Source: a virus (taxonomy: Duplodnaviria > Caudoviricetes). From it: a stretch of DNA of 59,107 nt. Positions 35,681-46,184 of the stretch are shown here, piece after piece. The translations under genes and the position numbers were made by a program. Where the stretch lies: positions 1-59,107 of the IMG/VR virus record IMGVR_UViG_3300020453_000595; one strand, given 5' to 3'. The notes under the pieces were generated by a model, which was given only the letters and a program-made list of their open reading frames with translations, was not told the origin of the DNA and did no database searches. Numbering within the stretch: the first letter of the stretch is position 1; every line of letters begins with the position of its first letter.

Positions 35681-37418
35681 AAGTCAACTCACGCTTGAGG
35701 AAATCAAGTGCGCGATAGATGTAAGGGGTTAAATCAAGCTTCGGATCCGCAAGCAGCGGTAAGTCGGGTGCCTGCGGATGTGGAACCTGACGCATGTTTT
35801 CGATAAGCGTCAGGAATGTGCCAAGACTCTGTTGAGTGGCTTGGGCCATACGGAATGGATAGCCACTGAGCATTGCGCTTCGCTCTTCGTCCGTTTTGTC
35901 AGGGAACAAGTAACGGAGAGCCTCGATCGAATTAACGCCGAGTTCTTGAAGGTTTCGGACAACAATACTTGAGTTAAGTATATCCTCTGTGCCGTCTTCA
36001 AAGACGGGTCCTTTCCATCTCCATTCGATCTTGCGATCGCCATCAGGTATAAGGCCTACAACTCCCTCAGGCAGAGCACGGGACTGAATGGCATTGCCAA
36101 TCTCAACCTCCAGTGTTCCCTCGTATTCCTTGGAAATTGCCTGGTGAGCGTTGACAGCCTCTTCAAACAAAACTTGCTCAGGGAAGTCCTCACGAATAGG
36201 AGCAGGGGGACGCTGCAGGCCAATCGCAGCTGCGAAAGATTCCCGGAAGATCTTTTCTTCGTTGAAGATGATCAGCGACATCAACTTACACAGGCCGTAA
36301 GTCAGAAGCCCCCGACAACGGCGCGTGGCAGAAGTAGCTGCGCGACCGTATAGAGACTTGATCTCATACGCAGTAGCGCCAGCCGTAATACCTAGTTCGT
36401 CTACACCACCAAGCGCTGTACGAATCTCTTCTCGGTACTGACGTGCATAAAGGTTTTGGTCACCTGAAACAGCATCAGGGGTGATGTATGCAGCACGGTC
36501 AGTGGCTTCGATGTTTGCGATGACACGAGGCACTTTGAAGCCACCACCCGCTGCACCAGAAATCGGCGAGCTAACACGGGTCGACGGGCGATTGGCCGCA
36601 TAGAAACCTGCCTGGGAGCTGATCGTCGGACGCATGCCCTCGTCGTCACCGCTGTCCACCAGGTCGTGCTTAGGACGACTGGAGATCAGCGTCGGGTTCC
36701 CAAAGAACGTGATGTTGGTGCGGATGTTCTTGACGAGGTCGTCGTGAGTGACGATCTGTTCTGCGAGCCAGTCGAACTCGCCACTTGCGTCCATCCCTGT
36801 GGAACGCATGTTGTTGAAAGACTCAACTGCTGGGATGAAGCCCAGGCTGTTCGTCAGCGTGCGGGTCTTGTTCTGAGAGAACGCCAGGCTCTGTGCGCTG
36901 GCATCAAATGAAGGCTTTTCAGTGGTGATGGTCTCCTTGATCTCATCACGCCTGACCCGAAGCTTCACGTACCGATCAGACCCGCCCTGGAGAGTCGAGG
37001 TAGCTGCAGGAGCGTTGATGGTGTCGCGGACAGTAAACGAATAGATCAGCTCGATCTCCTCGAGCTCGCCCATTGCGTCGTAGTAAGCACGGTAGTTATC
37101 CGCGCTGAACCACATAATCCGATACGTGTCGCGGATTGGCCTGAAATAAAACAAACCCTTCCCGTCAATCAGGAAGTCATCGACGACTCCTTCAAGGCGC
37201 GTATCAATCTCGTTCTCTTCAATCAGCCCTGACAGGAATTGCTTCCTGAAGCCATAAGTATCCTGCGCCGGATAAAACTCAAGGCCTTGACGCAGCATGA
37301 ACAGTTTCATCTGTGAAAGATGACTGTTCACGATCATCGTGTCAGTGCCTGATCCACCGTCCCGCTTTCTGGCCGCTTCGAGAATGCGGCGGAAACGGTC
37401 CTGAGTTCCCTGGGTCAT
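35190..37418 (-). CDS. Portal protein
   Basis: Directly after terminase; FLIDGKGLFY, LGFIPAVE, NITFFGNP, IEWRW; portal-sized core. Confidence 0.75.
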   Translation of the reverse strand: MTQGTQDRFRRILEAARKRDGGSGTDTMIVNSHLSQMKLFMLRQGLEFYPAQDTYGFRKQFLSGLIEENEIDTRLEGVVDDFLIDGKGLFYFRPIRDTYRIMWFSADNYRAYYDAMGELEEIELIYSFTVRDTINAPAATSTLQGGSDRYVKLRVRRDEIKETITTEKPSFDASAQSLAFSQNKTRTLTNSLGFIPAVESFNNMRSTGMDASGEFDWLAEQIVTHDDLVKNIRTNITFFGNPTLISSRPKHDLVDSGDDEGMRPTISSQAGFYAANRPSTRVSSPISGAAGGGFKVPRVIANIEATDRAAYITPDAVSGDQNLYARQYREEIRTALGGVDELGITAGATAYEIKSLYGRAATSATRRCRGLLTYGLCKLMSLIIFNEEKIFRESFAAAIGLQRPPAPIREDFPEQVLFEEAVNAHQAISKEYEGTLEVEIGNAIQSRALPEGVVGLIPDGDRKIEWRWKGPVFEDGTEDILNSSIVVRNLQELGVNSIEALRYLFPDKTDEERSAMLSGYPFRMAQATQQSLGTFLTLIENMRQVPHPQAPDLPLLADPKLDLTPYIYRALDFLKRELTYAGQYSDATGTSDPAGLDPIERARADAGLPISSGPERPTFVPDSFGAAAGGQLPTDGGSPGGAPGQPMAAGVRATERQSERDAELPTAGSLLNSDPTGSPFTGRGMAGFGSGAVPSGSFRIGAADLNSPSNAGVLPDTGADLQQRADATRERRVSRKRQRRKS

Positions 37419-37427
37419 AGTTCTATG

Positions 37428-38960
37428 TTAGTTCCACTCAATGTGTGCTTTACCTCTGCGCATAAGCCCTTGCACCACGATATTCAATGAGTCAGCACAG
37501 TCATCGTGTGGTGAGTGTCCGAAATTGACGATTTCGTCCACCATGCAGCTGAAGTCTCTGTATTTGTTGAATAAGATTTTTTTATGCTCAAACAGACCCA
37601 TAATTCCTCTCAGTCTGGCGAGCTTGTCGCCACGGAACCCCTTCACCGGGCTAATGGAGAGGTTGTAGAGCTGCCATTCATTAAAGAGAATCCGCTTGAG
37701 GTCGCCCTCAAAAGATTTCTGATAGGCGACCACCTCTGGCCAAATGGTGACGGGTGACTGGCTCCTGAAGTACTGGCCTTCGTCATTCACTTCAAGCAAG
37801 TTCCATTCGACCAGGAGTTCGCACAAAGCCTCGATCTTGTCGAGGTTGCCCATCGACCTCATGCGTCGGTAGTCAATGACGTAGACCTTGTCGCCCACCC
37901 GACCAGCCAGGGTGAACACGGTCCAGTCGTTTCTCTCGCTCATGCCAGCAGAGAGATCAATGCCTACCCCGATGGTGTCGTAGTCATCAGGGACCTCAGC
38001 CTTGACAAACAGCTCAGGAGATATACCTAGTTCGGTAGATCGCACTGGCTGGTTGAGGTATTGGTAGCTGAACGCCACCCGATCATCCGCCTGAAGCTTG
38101 AGTAGGTACTTAGCTCCCCACATCTCAGGCCAATAGCTCTTGGGCCGGCCGTCGTCGTCGTAGCTAAGAGCTGACTGGGTAATGCACTTCCACCCCTTCT
38201 TCTCAGTGAAGATCGTGGCAAACAGATCGTCGAAGTGAAACCTGGTGCCCAGGGCAATTGCTCGAGCGCCCTGGAACATGGTCGGAACAATCACGTTCGT
38301 CCAGTTCGTCTCCATCTCCCGGCGAATATCCGGGTTGGCGATACTGGCCGCGCTCTTAATCGCGTCATCAACGACGATCAGCGACGAGCGTTTCGACGTG
38401 ATCGTCCCCTTAAGACCTGCGCAGGCAACCGTAAAAGCATCCTCACCCCTAATATCCACCTCCGCAAAATCCCAATCAATCGACCAGAGTTCGTCCGACG
38501 TACGCATCTTGGATAGTCGTACGCACGGAAATATCTCCTGATATTCCTTCGAGCAGATGAGGTTCTTAATCGCCGCGCTCTTGTTGCGCGCAACGTCGAC
38601 GTTGTACGAGACATAAAGGATCCTCAGAAGCTTCTTAGCGAGCGCGTGGCGGCCGATAAGCCACCCGAGCAATAAACCCAGCACGGTGGACTTGGCGCTC
38701 CCTCTGGGGCTCAGGAGGCAGGTATTAGGGCCTGCAATGTCCAGCAGGTGCTCGTTGCTTTGACCCGTAAGAAAAACCTTATGCCAATCCCTCATATGAC
38801 GGGCTGGCTTCTTGCCCATCAGCTCACAGAAGTAGGCAAAGCTGTCACGCGCTTTGATGACGTGAGGCGGAAGCTCTACCTCGATCTGCTTCTTGACGAT
38901 CGCCTTGGCTGCGGCCTTTGCAGACCGCATCTTGGCTTGTGAGATTGAGCTGCCTGCCAT
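37428..38960 (-). CDS. terL: Terminase large subunit
   Basis: SPRGSAKS (Walker A), LIVVDD (Walker B), GTRFH, VGIDLS and HDDCADS nuclease motifs. Confidence 0.93.
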   Translation of the reverse strand: MAGSSISQAKMRSAKAAAKAIVKKQIEVELPPHVIKARDSFAYFCELMGKKPARHMRDWHKVFLTGQSNEHLLDIAGPNTCLLSPRGSAKSTVLGLLLGWLIGRHALAKKLLRILYVSYNVDVARNKSAAIKNLICSKEYQEIFPCVRLSKMRTSDELWSIDWDFAEVDIRGEDAFTVACAGLKGTITSKRSSLIVVDDAIKSAASIANPDIRREMETNWTNVIVPTMFQGARAIALGTRFHFDDLFATIFTEKKGWKCITQSALSYDDDGRPKSYWPEMWGAKYLLKLQADDRVAFSYQYLNQPVRSTELGISPELFVKAEVPDDYDTIGVGIDLSAGMSERNDWTVFTLAGRVGDKVYVIDYRRMRSMGNLDKIEALCELLVEWNLLEVNDEGQYFRSQSPVTIWPEVVAYQKSFEGDLKRILFNEWQLYNLSISPVKGFRGDKLARLRGIMGLFEHKKILFNKYRDFSCMVDEIVNFGHSPHDDCADSLNIVVQGLMRRGKAHIEWN

Positions 38961-39034
38961 GGCGGGAATGTATCCAGTTTCGAGTGATTGGCGCCCCCTA
39001 GAACAGAGGCAAAATCAGTGCCGGAAATTTTTAC

Positions 39035-39565
39035 TTAGGCCAAGCCCAGATAACGCCTAACGGCTGCAAGGACAGCAGGGTCGCCAAGATTCCTGACAGG
39101 GATCCCAATATCGCCAGCCATTCGCAGGGCTTGGCCAGTGCCACCAGTCACGGCACCGCCAGGCGTGTAGGCAACGACCAGATCAGCTGGGGCATCAAGC
39201 CGTGGCCCCAGTACCTGCATCGCGTTTCTTGCCATGAGGTTCCTAGCGAACGGGGACAAACGCTCCGGGGCTGGGTGATACCTGGCGACAGTCTCTAGAG
39301 CTTGTTGCCAACCCTGCTGCCTGGTGCTGTCATACACGCCAGGCATTCCAGCTGATCGCTGATTGAATCTCTGGCCAGGCAGGTATATCGCTTTATTGGA
39401 AGGATTGACTACTCCTGCCTCAAACGCGCTATCAGCCCCTGCGGCCCCACCACTCCTTAATTTCCAGTCTTCGCCCTCCATCCTCGAGGCCAGGGCTTTC
39501 ATTATTTCCAGCACCCCGGGTGGAGTAGCTCTTGCTCCAATCCCTGCGTAAACCCTGCTCATCAC
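39035..39565 (-). CDS. SLOG/DprA-like nucleotide-binding protein
   Basis: YAGIGAR.TP..LRSGGAAGADSAFE..ARN..GGTGQALR. Confidence 0.85.
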   Translation of the reverse strand: MMSRVYAGIGARATPPGVLEIMKALASRMEGEDWKLRSGGAAGADSAFEAGVVNPSNKAIYLPGQRFNQRSAGMPGVYDSTRQQGWQQALETVARYHPAPERLSPFARNLMARNAMQVLGPRLDAPADLVVAYTPGGAVTGGTGQALRMAGDIGIPVRNLGDPAVLAAVRRYLGLA

Positions 39566-40071
39566 TTCTCGTCGCAGATATCAGCCCAGATGGATTCGAA
39601 GGCCAGCTCCAGGGCAGGGAGCACCTCGTCCGAGTTCTTGAAGATGGTGCGCAGGTCACGCATCACCTTGTCGGCCCCGGCCATGATCAATCCACGGCGG
39701 TCATGCCCCTTAGTCAGCTTGTCGACTTCGACTACATGACCACGCAACTCCTTGCTCAAATGGGCAACTCGAGTTGCCGCTGCATCCGCCTTGATGAGGT
39801 CGGCCTGGACCTGCTGCCTGAGGAAGTCGATGTCCCCCTCGAGCTTGACGATCTCGGCGAGCATGATCTCCCGCCGATTGAGCTTGGGATAGGTCTGATT
39901 GATCCATTTCTCCAGAGCAGCAAAGCTGCCCTCGTATCCGAGTACGCCCGCGTAGAGCCAAATTTCGTATACCGAGTAGGTGTTCTCGGCATACGCCATA
40001 AAACCCTCGCGATGCGCATCGTCCAGGGCTGTCAGAAAGTCCTGGATTTGAGGGTTAATTGTTTTGGGCAT
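39562..40071 (-). CDS. Conserved helical protein (possible terminase small subunit)
   Basis: 169 aa helical/coiled-coil protein upstream of terL; function inferred from position only. Confidence 0.55.
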   Translation of the reverse strand: MPKTINPQIQDFLTALDDAHREGFMAYAENTYSVYEIWLYAGVLGYEGSFAALEKWINQTYPKLNRREIMLAEIVKLEGDIDFLRQQVQADLIKADAAATRVAHLSKELRGHVVEVDKLTKGHDRRGLIMAGADKVMRDLRTIFKNSDEVLPALELAFESIWADICDEK

Positions 40072-40712
40072 TAGCCGAAGAAACGGGCTCCCAGTGAACG
40101 AATGGCCCCTCGGGCATCAGCACGCATGTTGCGCTCCTCGCTGTAGCGCTTGCCGATGTTCTTGCGCTCCTCCTGGCCAGCGGTCTGGATACCCAGGCGC
40201 TGCTCGCGACCTCGAGCACCAATGTTCAAACGCTCCTGCTGACCAGCGGTCTGCAGTCCTAAGCGTTGCTCAACACCTCTCGCGCCAATGTTCAGACGCT
40301 CCTGCGTGCCGAGAGCACCGATATTCATCCGCTCTTGCTTGCCTTGCTCTCGGTATCCAGCTCGCTGCTGACGACCCGTTTCGCGAATGCCCAGGCGCTG
40401 TTGCATGCCTTGAGCGCCGATGAGCTGCTGAGTGATGCGGCCTTCGGCACCCATCAGCTTGAGCTGGTTACCTGTTTTCAGGTTCTCCATTCCCTGATTC
40501 AGCTGAGCCAGGTGAGCGCTCATCGCCTTGTTGTAACCCAGGCTCAGGCCGCCCATCATCATGGTGCGACCAGCGTCAGCGAACGTGCCGCTGACAAAGC
40601 CTGTAAGTGACTCGTTGTCCTTGTACTTATTACCCATCTCGGTCAGCAAAGACGCGCCTTGCGCGTACATATTGCCGCCGGAAGTATGTGCAGTACTTGC
40701 GTAAGAAGACAT
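40071..40712 (-). CDS. Protein with 11-aa tandem repeats (putative internal virion protein)
   Basis: QERLNIGARGV / EQRLGLQTAGQ-type repeats, about 9 copies. Confidence 0.75.
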   Translation of the reverse strand: MSSYASTAHTSGGNMYAQGASLLTEMGNKYKDNESLTGFVSGTFADAGRTMMMGGLSLGYNKAMSAHLAQLNQGMENLKTGNQLKLMGAEGRITQQLIGAQGMQQRLGIRETGRQQRAGYREQGKQERMNIGALGTQERLNIGARGVEQRLGLQTAGQQERLNIGARGREQRLGIQTAGQEERKNIGKRYSEERNMRADARGAIRSLGARFFG

Positions 40713-40717
40713 CGGTA

Positions 40718-41194
40718 TCAGCTAAAGAGAATGGCGGCCCCGCCAAGAATGTTTTTGATCAGACCCAGGGTCTGACCACGCTGAAGAAGCGAGCGATCTT
40801 TATCGCGTGCATCAAAGCTTTTATTCATATATGTGTTGTAATCAGCGCTATTCATCTGCCGTGCATCTTTCTTGTCGTCGAAGCTGGCCCCGAGAATTCG
40901 CAGTGAATTGTCAGTCAGCGCACCAACGTCCGATGCGTAGCGCTCCTGGCCAATCTGATTTATATCTTTTGTGCCTTGGACCTTGAGGTCCTGATACTGC
41001 CTCTCAATAGGCAGCATTCGGGTGGCAGTATCGACCTCGCGATCAAGCACCTCCCTGGGGGCCATTGCTGAAGCCTCGAGGATCTTGGTGGCCTCATCAT
41101 CCGCAGCTTTATAGCGCTCTCCAAAAGCCTTCAAGGCTTCTACGCCGCCTTCAGTCTCCAGCAACTGACTAAATAACGTATTGAGGTCGGCCAT
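40718..41194 (-). CDS. Hypothetical (putative internal virion) protein
   Basis: 158 aa; hydrophobic C-terminus. Confidence 0.7.
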   Translation of the reverse strand: MADLNTLFSQLLETEGGVEALKAFGERYKAADDEATKILEASAMAPREVLDREVDTATRMLPIERQYQDLKVQGTKDINQIGQERYASDVGALTDNSLRILGASFDDKKDARQMNSADYNTYMNKSFDARDKDRSLLQRGQTLGLIKNILGGAAILFS

Positions 41195-41200
41195 GTCTAA

Positions 41201-41818
41201 TTACTTTTGAGTTTGCTTTTGAGGCTGCACTTTCTTCAGCAGCATGTCGAACAAATCGTTCGAAGCCTTTGCTGGTTCTACTTTAACGACTGGGACAGTT
41301 GTATTCGTCTGATTGCTTTGAGTAGCAGTCCCTCCTGCACGGCGAGAAGGCACACTTGTTACAGCGTCGATCAGGCCCCCGATATTCTTATCGGGATCTA
41401 AAACGCCTTGGTCATTAGCCATAGCATTTCGCACGCTCTGCTCGAATGACAGCTGAGTGATGCGCTCGTCCCTCGGATCTCGGAGCGGGGACAATGCCAG
41501 CCCTGCGTTTGCATCACCGCCCATCAACATCTTGATCAGGGCGTCTTGCTTGCGGTTCTTTTGCTCAGTCTCCAAAACTTCTCTGTTGTAGTCCAGAGTC
41601 ATCTTGTTACGCAAGCCAGCTCCATACTGAGCAAGTGCATCTCTTGCGATTGCAGCTTCGGTCAGAAACTTCTTGTATGGCAGCTCAGTCAGCGTTTTCG
41701 TGGCGAAATCGCTTTTTACGTCCTGAAAATCGATATTGGCCTGCAACCTCTGCAGTGGTACACCAGAGGTATTAGCGCTGGCTACTGCAGCATTGAAGGA
41801 AGGAAGAGCAAAAGCCAT
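41201..41818 (-). CDS. Hypothetical (putative internal virion) protein
   Basis: 205 aa coupled ORF. Confidence 0.7.
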   Translation of the reverse strand: MAFALPSFNAAVASANTSGVPLQRLQANIDFQDVKSDFATKTLTELPYKKFLTEAAIARDALAQYGAGLRNKMTLDYNREVLETEQKNRKQDALIKMLMGGDANAGLALSPLRDPRDERITQLSFEQSVRNAMANDQGVLDPDKNIGGLIDAVTSVPSRRAGGTATQSNQTNTTVPVVKVEPAKASNDLFDMLLKKVQPQKQTQK

Positions 41819-42570
41819 TAGAGAAGATTCTGCATTGCAATAGCGAGCGCGTCAGACGCGGACTGCTCACGATTCAACCGAGACTGATTGAGAGAGTTTG
41901 CGTAGTTGTAATCAGATGCCATCGCATAGTTCTGCTTGGCAACATTGATGGCACGGGCATCCTCCATCTTCGCCAGGGTGTTCATCACTGGACCCAGTGC
42001 TTCCATCCGCTCAGAGAGCAACTGGGTATCCAAGCGGAAGTTGCGCGCCTTCTTTTTCTCAGGGCTGTCTCTTGTGATGACGTCATAGACACCGCCAGCT
42101 AGGCCAGCACCTGCCTTGCCTACGTTGTCTTGGACTTGAAGCAGGGCGCCAAGTGTCGGGACGACGGCCATCCCGAGGGGGCCTCCCACCATGAAGCCCA
42201 GTCCAGCAAGAGCAGCGGTTGTACCCATATCTCCCAGCATCCTGCCGCCTGCCTGGCTCAAGTTCCTTCCTGCACTATCACCGTCATCTTTGAGCTCCTG
42301 GCCGGCCGCCATGGCGGAGCCCAGAAGACTCAATCCGGCCAAAGGAACACCGACCTTGCCAGCACGAGTAAGGGTTTGGAGGATCTTGGGACCTCCAGCC
42401 ATCCTCTTTCCGTCGAGGAACTGATTGAACTTGGCTTGAGCACCCTGAAATAACCCCGGATCGTTTCCGCCAGCCATTCGAGCTCCCCCGTAAGAGATGC
42501 CTGCATTGATGGCAGCGTCTTGCACAGTCCCGTAGGGCACAATCGCCGTATTTCTAGGATCTCGAGCCAC
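41818..42570 (-). CDS. Gly/Ala-rich glycine-zipper protein (putative ejection protein)
   Basis: GxxxG hydrophobic segments; TAGAAT at 42597-42602. Confidence 0.7.
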   Translation of the reverse strand: MARDPRNTAIVPYGTVQDAAINAGISYGGARMAGGNDPGLFQGAQAKFNQFLDGKRMAGGPKILQTLTRAGKVGVPLAGLSLLGSAMAAGQELKDDGDSAGRNLSQAGGRMLGDMGTTAALAGLGFMVGGPLGMAVVPTLGALLQVQDNVGKAGAGLAGGVYDVITRDSPEKKKARNFRLDTQLLSERMEALGPVMNTLAKMEDARAINVAKQNYAMASDYNYANSLNQSRLNREQSASDALAIAMQNLL

Positions 42571-42608
42571 TACAAGGGGTTCCTGTCTTTATGCACATTC
42601 TATAAATA

Positions 42609-43412
42609 TCAATCCTCCATATAACTAAACTTTTCCGGCTCTACCCAAGGCACTTTTTCAACATTGGATTCAATCTCAAATCCAAGCTTTGGGCAGTAAA
42701 CAAGCTTCTCTCCTGACTCACGATCTAAGCAAGCAGTGCACGCATGCACATAGTCAGCGTTACACCTTTGCCGGGGTCGCTCAGACCATTCCCCGTCAAC
42801 CTTCACATATCGAGCTTTGTCATAAGGAACATCGTTTTCTTCAATGTATTGCCAGACATCTTCATGGGTCCAGTCCCTCAACGGAAAGAAAAGACTCATG
42901 TGCTCGGGCATCATTCGCCCCTCGACACGCGTACCAGCATCACCACCTAAAACCCTGTCGGTGTCGCATCGCTTATGGCCAACCCATGCGGCATCGCACT
43001 TACTGACGACAAGCTTGCTTTGCTTGGGGCGATCGAGCATGTCGACTGCGCACGCCCAGGGATAGCCTTCCTCAGGAGGCACAATCCCTGAAGGGCATGT
43101 CAGATAGCTGTCATTCAGCTGATACCAGTTCTGCACTTCGAATTCGTCGCCAGTCTGCTGCATCGCTGATCGGAATGGGTGCCAGGTCCACACCATCAGC
43201 TCCCATTCGCGAATTACATAATCCTGAAATGCATACTTGTGCGGCTGCCAGGGCTCTCGGTAAAAGATGACCGGGAGCTCGTAGCCACACTCACGCATCA
43301 GGTGCAGCAGGACCATGCTGTCCTTGCCGCCAGACCAGCACACCGCACTATGCGGATAGTGGTACATGCCTGATTCGATAATCTCTATCGATTTCAGATA
43401 TTTGTCTCTCAC
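42609..43412 (-). CDS. PAPS reductase family protein
   Basis: VCWSGGKDS PP-loop, VGHKRCD, FPLRDWTHEDVWQYI, CTAC. Confidence 0.88.
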   Translation of the reverse strand: MRDKYLKSIEIIESGMYHYPHSAVCWSGGKDSMVLLHLMRECGYELPVIFYREPWQPHKYAFQDYVIREWELMVWTWHPFRSAMQQTGDEFEVQNWYQLNDSYLTCPSGIVPPEEGYPWACAVDMLDRPKQSKLVVSKCDAAWVGHKRCDTDRVLGGDAGTRVEGRMMPEHMSLFFPLRDWTHEDVWQYIEENDVPYDKARYVKVDGEWSERPRQRCNADYVHACTACLDRESGEKLVYCPKLGFEIESNVEKVPWVEPEKFSYMED

Positions 43413-43442
43413 GGCGATAGCGCTTTCGCCGAATGTACCGAG

Positions 43443-43859
43443 TTAGATCAGGGCGCCCACGGCTGCTGCACCAACACTTCCGACTGCGCCAATAATCGAG
43501 TTTGTTCTGCCTGCAGAGCGATTCTTAGAGCCCTGCTCGGCTTGCATCTCACGTTGCGCTTGGCCGATCTTGTAGTTGGTCATATTGTTCAACGCATTGG
43601 TAGCCAATGCCATCTCCATCTCTTGATCAGCGACGGAGGCCCCAACCAGTGACTGCAAGCCAGTGCTGCTTGGGGAGAAATCATTGCCAACCAAGCCATA
43701 ACCAATACCAGCGCCGGCACCGATTCCCTGGCCAAATTTTTTGCCATAGCTCTTAGCGTTCTCGGCAGAGAAATTCTGATAAGGATTCAAAGGATCCTTA
43801 CCTTCTCCTAGACCCGAGGACTGCGCATAAAACGCAACAGGATCTAACTGAAAGCCCAT
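43443..43859 (-). CDS. Putative ejection protein, paralog of 43866-44330
   Basis: ALNNMTNYK..GSKNRSAGRTNSIIGAVG. Confidence 0.7.
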   Translation of the reverse strand: MGFQLDPVAFYAQSSGLGEGKDPLNPYQNFSAENAKSYGKKFGQGIGAGAGIGYGLVGNDFSPSSTGLQSLVGASVADQEMEMALATNALNNMTNYKIGQAQREMQAEQGSKNRSAGRTNSIIGAVGSVGAAAVGALI

Positions 43860-43865
43860 TGTTAA

Positions 43866-44330
43866 TTACCAGCCTGGTGTATTGATACTGTAATTGCCGT
43901 AGGGGTTCTGCCCCTGGAAAGGATCACTCTGCCAGCTGAAACCGCTGTCATACATCCCCTGCACGGCCTGACTGCCCTGGGACCAACTTTCCGGTGAAGT
44001 GATCTGACCCATGGTCGCCGGTGTACTTTCAGCGGCATAGTTCGGGAGCTGCGGAGTCTGCATGTTCTTAATACCCGCCGAAATTCCAGCGCCTGCAACA
44101 TTGCCAATTGCACCAAAGATTGCATTTGTCCTGGCAGCACTGCGATTCCTGCTTCCCTCACGCTCGGCTAGCTCAATCCCCTCGAGAGCGCTTTTGTATT
44201 TGGTGAGGTTATTTAGAGCGCTTCCAGCCATACGCAGCTCTGAGGCTTGCTGCTTTTTAGGAAGGGCGCCGAAAAAACCGGCGCCTTGTGTCGAAGCGAT
44301 CTTATTAAATTCACGTCCTGCGTTAAACAT
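43866..44330 (-). CDS. Putative ejection protein, paralog of 43443-43859
   Basis: ALNNLTKYK..GSRNRSAARTNAIFGAIG. Confidence 0.7.
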   Translation of the reverse strand: MFNAGREFNKIASTQGAGFFGALPKKQQASELRMAGSALNNLTKYKSALEGIELAEREGSRNRSAARTNAIFGAIGNVAGAGISAGIKNMQTPQLPNYAAESTPATMGQITSPESWSQGSQAVQGMYDSGFSWQSDPFQGQNPYGNYSINTPGW

Positions 44331-45634
44331 CAGCTATCGCTCTCCTCGTATTGCGGGGCTTTACCTTTAAGCGCCCGCCTCATGGATTCTAAAACGTATC
44401 CAGAAAGCGCTGCTCCGGTTGTATATGCAGAGGTATTCGCAATAACAGACTTTGCGACTTGATTTTCGTTATCCGATTGCACCTTGCGATATTCATTCAA
44501 GGCATCTTTTACTTTGCTATCAAGATCAGCTGTTGGATCTTTTGCGTCATCCCTGAGCTTGTCATACGCGGCAAGCTTTTCTTTCTCAAGGTTGTAACCC
44601 TGGTTTTCCTGAACCTTCTGAATACCGCGTTTGATGCCACGCCTTGCTCCGACTACTGCCGCTGCCATTGGGACGAGACCAGTGGCAAGCGGAATGGACT
44701 TACCCATAAAGGTCACTTCCGGTCCCTGGATGCCATCGACCGTCGCCTTAATCGGCGATTTGCCTGAGAACAGATAGTTCTTATAGGCGTTGTATTCCTG
44801 ACGACTCACGTCAGGCCGTTCCTGGACGAACTCGTCGTAGGGCAGCAATGATCCAGAGCGGCCTAAGAAGTAACGGTTAGCAAGCTCGCCAACGGGATTT
44901 GCAGTCTCAGTCGGATTGTTGGGATCAGGCAAAGTCGCCTTGTAGCCGGGTTGTCGCGTGAAGTTGCCAATACCCATTGATGTCGCGATCCAGGCCGGAG
45001 CTGCTGCCGCCATGCGCAGGTTCCGGTTTCGGATCAGCGATTCCCGCTCGTGCAGACCTGACAGGCCAACGTTGTTCTTGGCGGCTTCGCGCATGCCCTG
45101 GAACATGGCGACCTGTGCCACAGCTTGCGGTGCGTTCAGGAACCACCAGATGTTCCGCATACCATCGCTCGCCAAGTCAGCGCCGATGACGCCAGCAGCC
45201 TGGGCGGCCTTTGCTCGGTAGTTACCGGGGCCAAGATCGACCTCGCCGCCACCTGGGGCAGCTACACGACCAATTTCGATCGTGGAACGACGTAGATCGA
45301 CGTCATCAGCGCGAGCCTCTCGAAACTCCTCCAGCTCGTCAGGACGCATGCCGCCGAGCTCGATGTTTCCGACCTTGCGCTTCAGCTCTTCCGGCAGCAC
45401 GCCCGCAATGAGGCGCCCAATCTCTGTGTCACTGACCCTGTTAGGAAGGATCTGCTTCAGGGCCGAAGCAAGCGGAGAGCTCGAGGCCATCTCCGCAACG
45501 GGAGACGACTCCAGCTGCAGATTGGGGTTTTTGCTACGGATATACCCCTCATAGGCACGGCCCGAAGACTTGAAGGCCTGTTGGGCGATATTGCCGAGAT
45601 CTGACCACGAAGGATCATCAAGCGGAAGTGCCAT
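44330..45634 (-). CDS. Hypothetical (putative internal virion) protein
   Basis: 434 aa coupled ORF. Confidence 0.75.
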   Translation of the reverse strand: MALPLDDPSWSDLGNIAQQAFKSSGRAYEGYIRSKNPNLQLESSPVAEMASSSPLASALKQILPNRVSDTEIGRLIAGVLPEELKRKVGNIELGGMRPDELEEFREARADDVDLRRSTIEIGRVAAPGGGEVDLGPGNYRAKAAQAAGVIGADLASDGMRNIWWFLNAPQAVAQVAMFQGMREAAKNNVGLSGLHERESLIRNRNLRMAAAAPAWIATSMGIGNFTRQPGYKATLPDPNNPTETANPVGELANRYFLGRSGSLLPYDEFVQERPDVSRQEYNAYKNYLFSGKSPIKATVDGIQGPEVTFMGKSIPLATGLVPMAAAVVGARRGIKRGIQKVQENQGYNLEKEKLAAYDKLRDDAKDPTADLDSKVKDALNEYRKVQSDNENQVAKSVIANTSAYTTGAALSGYVLESMRRALKGKAPQYEESDS

Positions 45635-46182
45635 TAGCTCAACGCCCTCCCGCCAGTAATGCCAGCACCGAGTAGCAGTGAGATCAACTCCTGCTGTGCC
45701 TGCTCAGCGGTCATTTCCTGGTCACTTGCATTTAGCAGCGATTCACGTTGCTGTGCAGGGAGGCTTGGTGCCTGCTGCTGCAAGGCACGCTCCATAACCC
45801 CTGAATACATGGGACGCGGAGCGAACATGTTCACTGGGGCGCCAACCATGACGTCGCCCAGTGTTGCTGCTGTGGCCTTGGCTTCAGGCGTAAGCGCTTT
45901 ACCGGCAAAACGCAGCTTGTTAGCAACACCGCCACCTGCGACCTGGCCAAGCACTGAAGCGACCAAGCCAATACCTAGATCTTCTGCGGCGATACCCAGG
46001 CGGTCAGCTCCGGTTGCCCCTGGGGGAGCCATTGTTGACGCCAGTCCTGAATAAAGCAGGTCAGGTGCATAACGGGCGGCCAGTTGCCCATAAGCAGGCT
46101 TACCCGCCGCAGTCATCGGAACAAGGATGTCCTTCAGACCTTTAAGGGCAGGGCCAGCGAATTGCAATAATCCAGCAGCCAT
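45634..46182 (-). CDS. Ala/Gly-rich hypothetical protein
   Basis: 182 aa with hydrophobic segments. Confidence 0.7.
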   Translation of the reverse strand: MAAGLLQFAGPALKGLKDILVPMTAAGKPAYGQLAARYAPDLLYSGLASTMAPPGATGADRLGIAAEDLGIGLVASVLGQVAGGGVANKLRFAGKALTPEAKATAATLGDVMVGAPVNMFAPRPMYSGVMERALQQQAPSLPAQQRESLLNASDQEMTAEQAQQELISLLLGAGITGGRALS

Positions 46183-46184
46183 AA

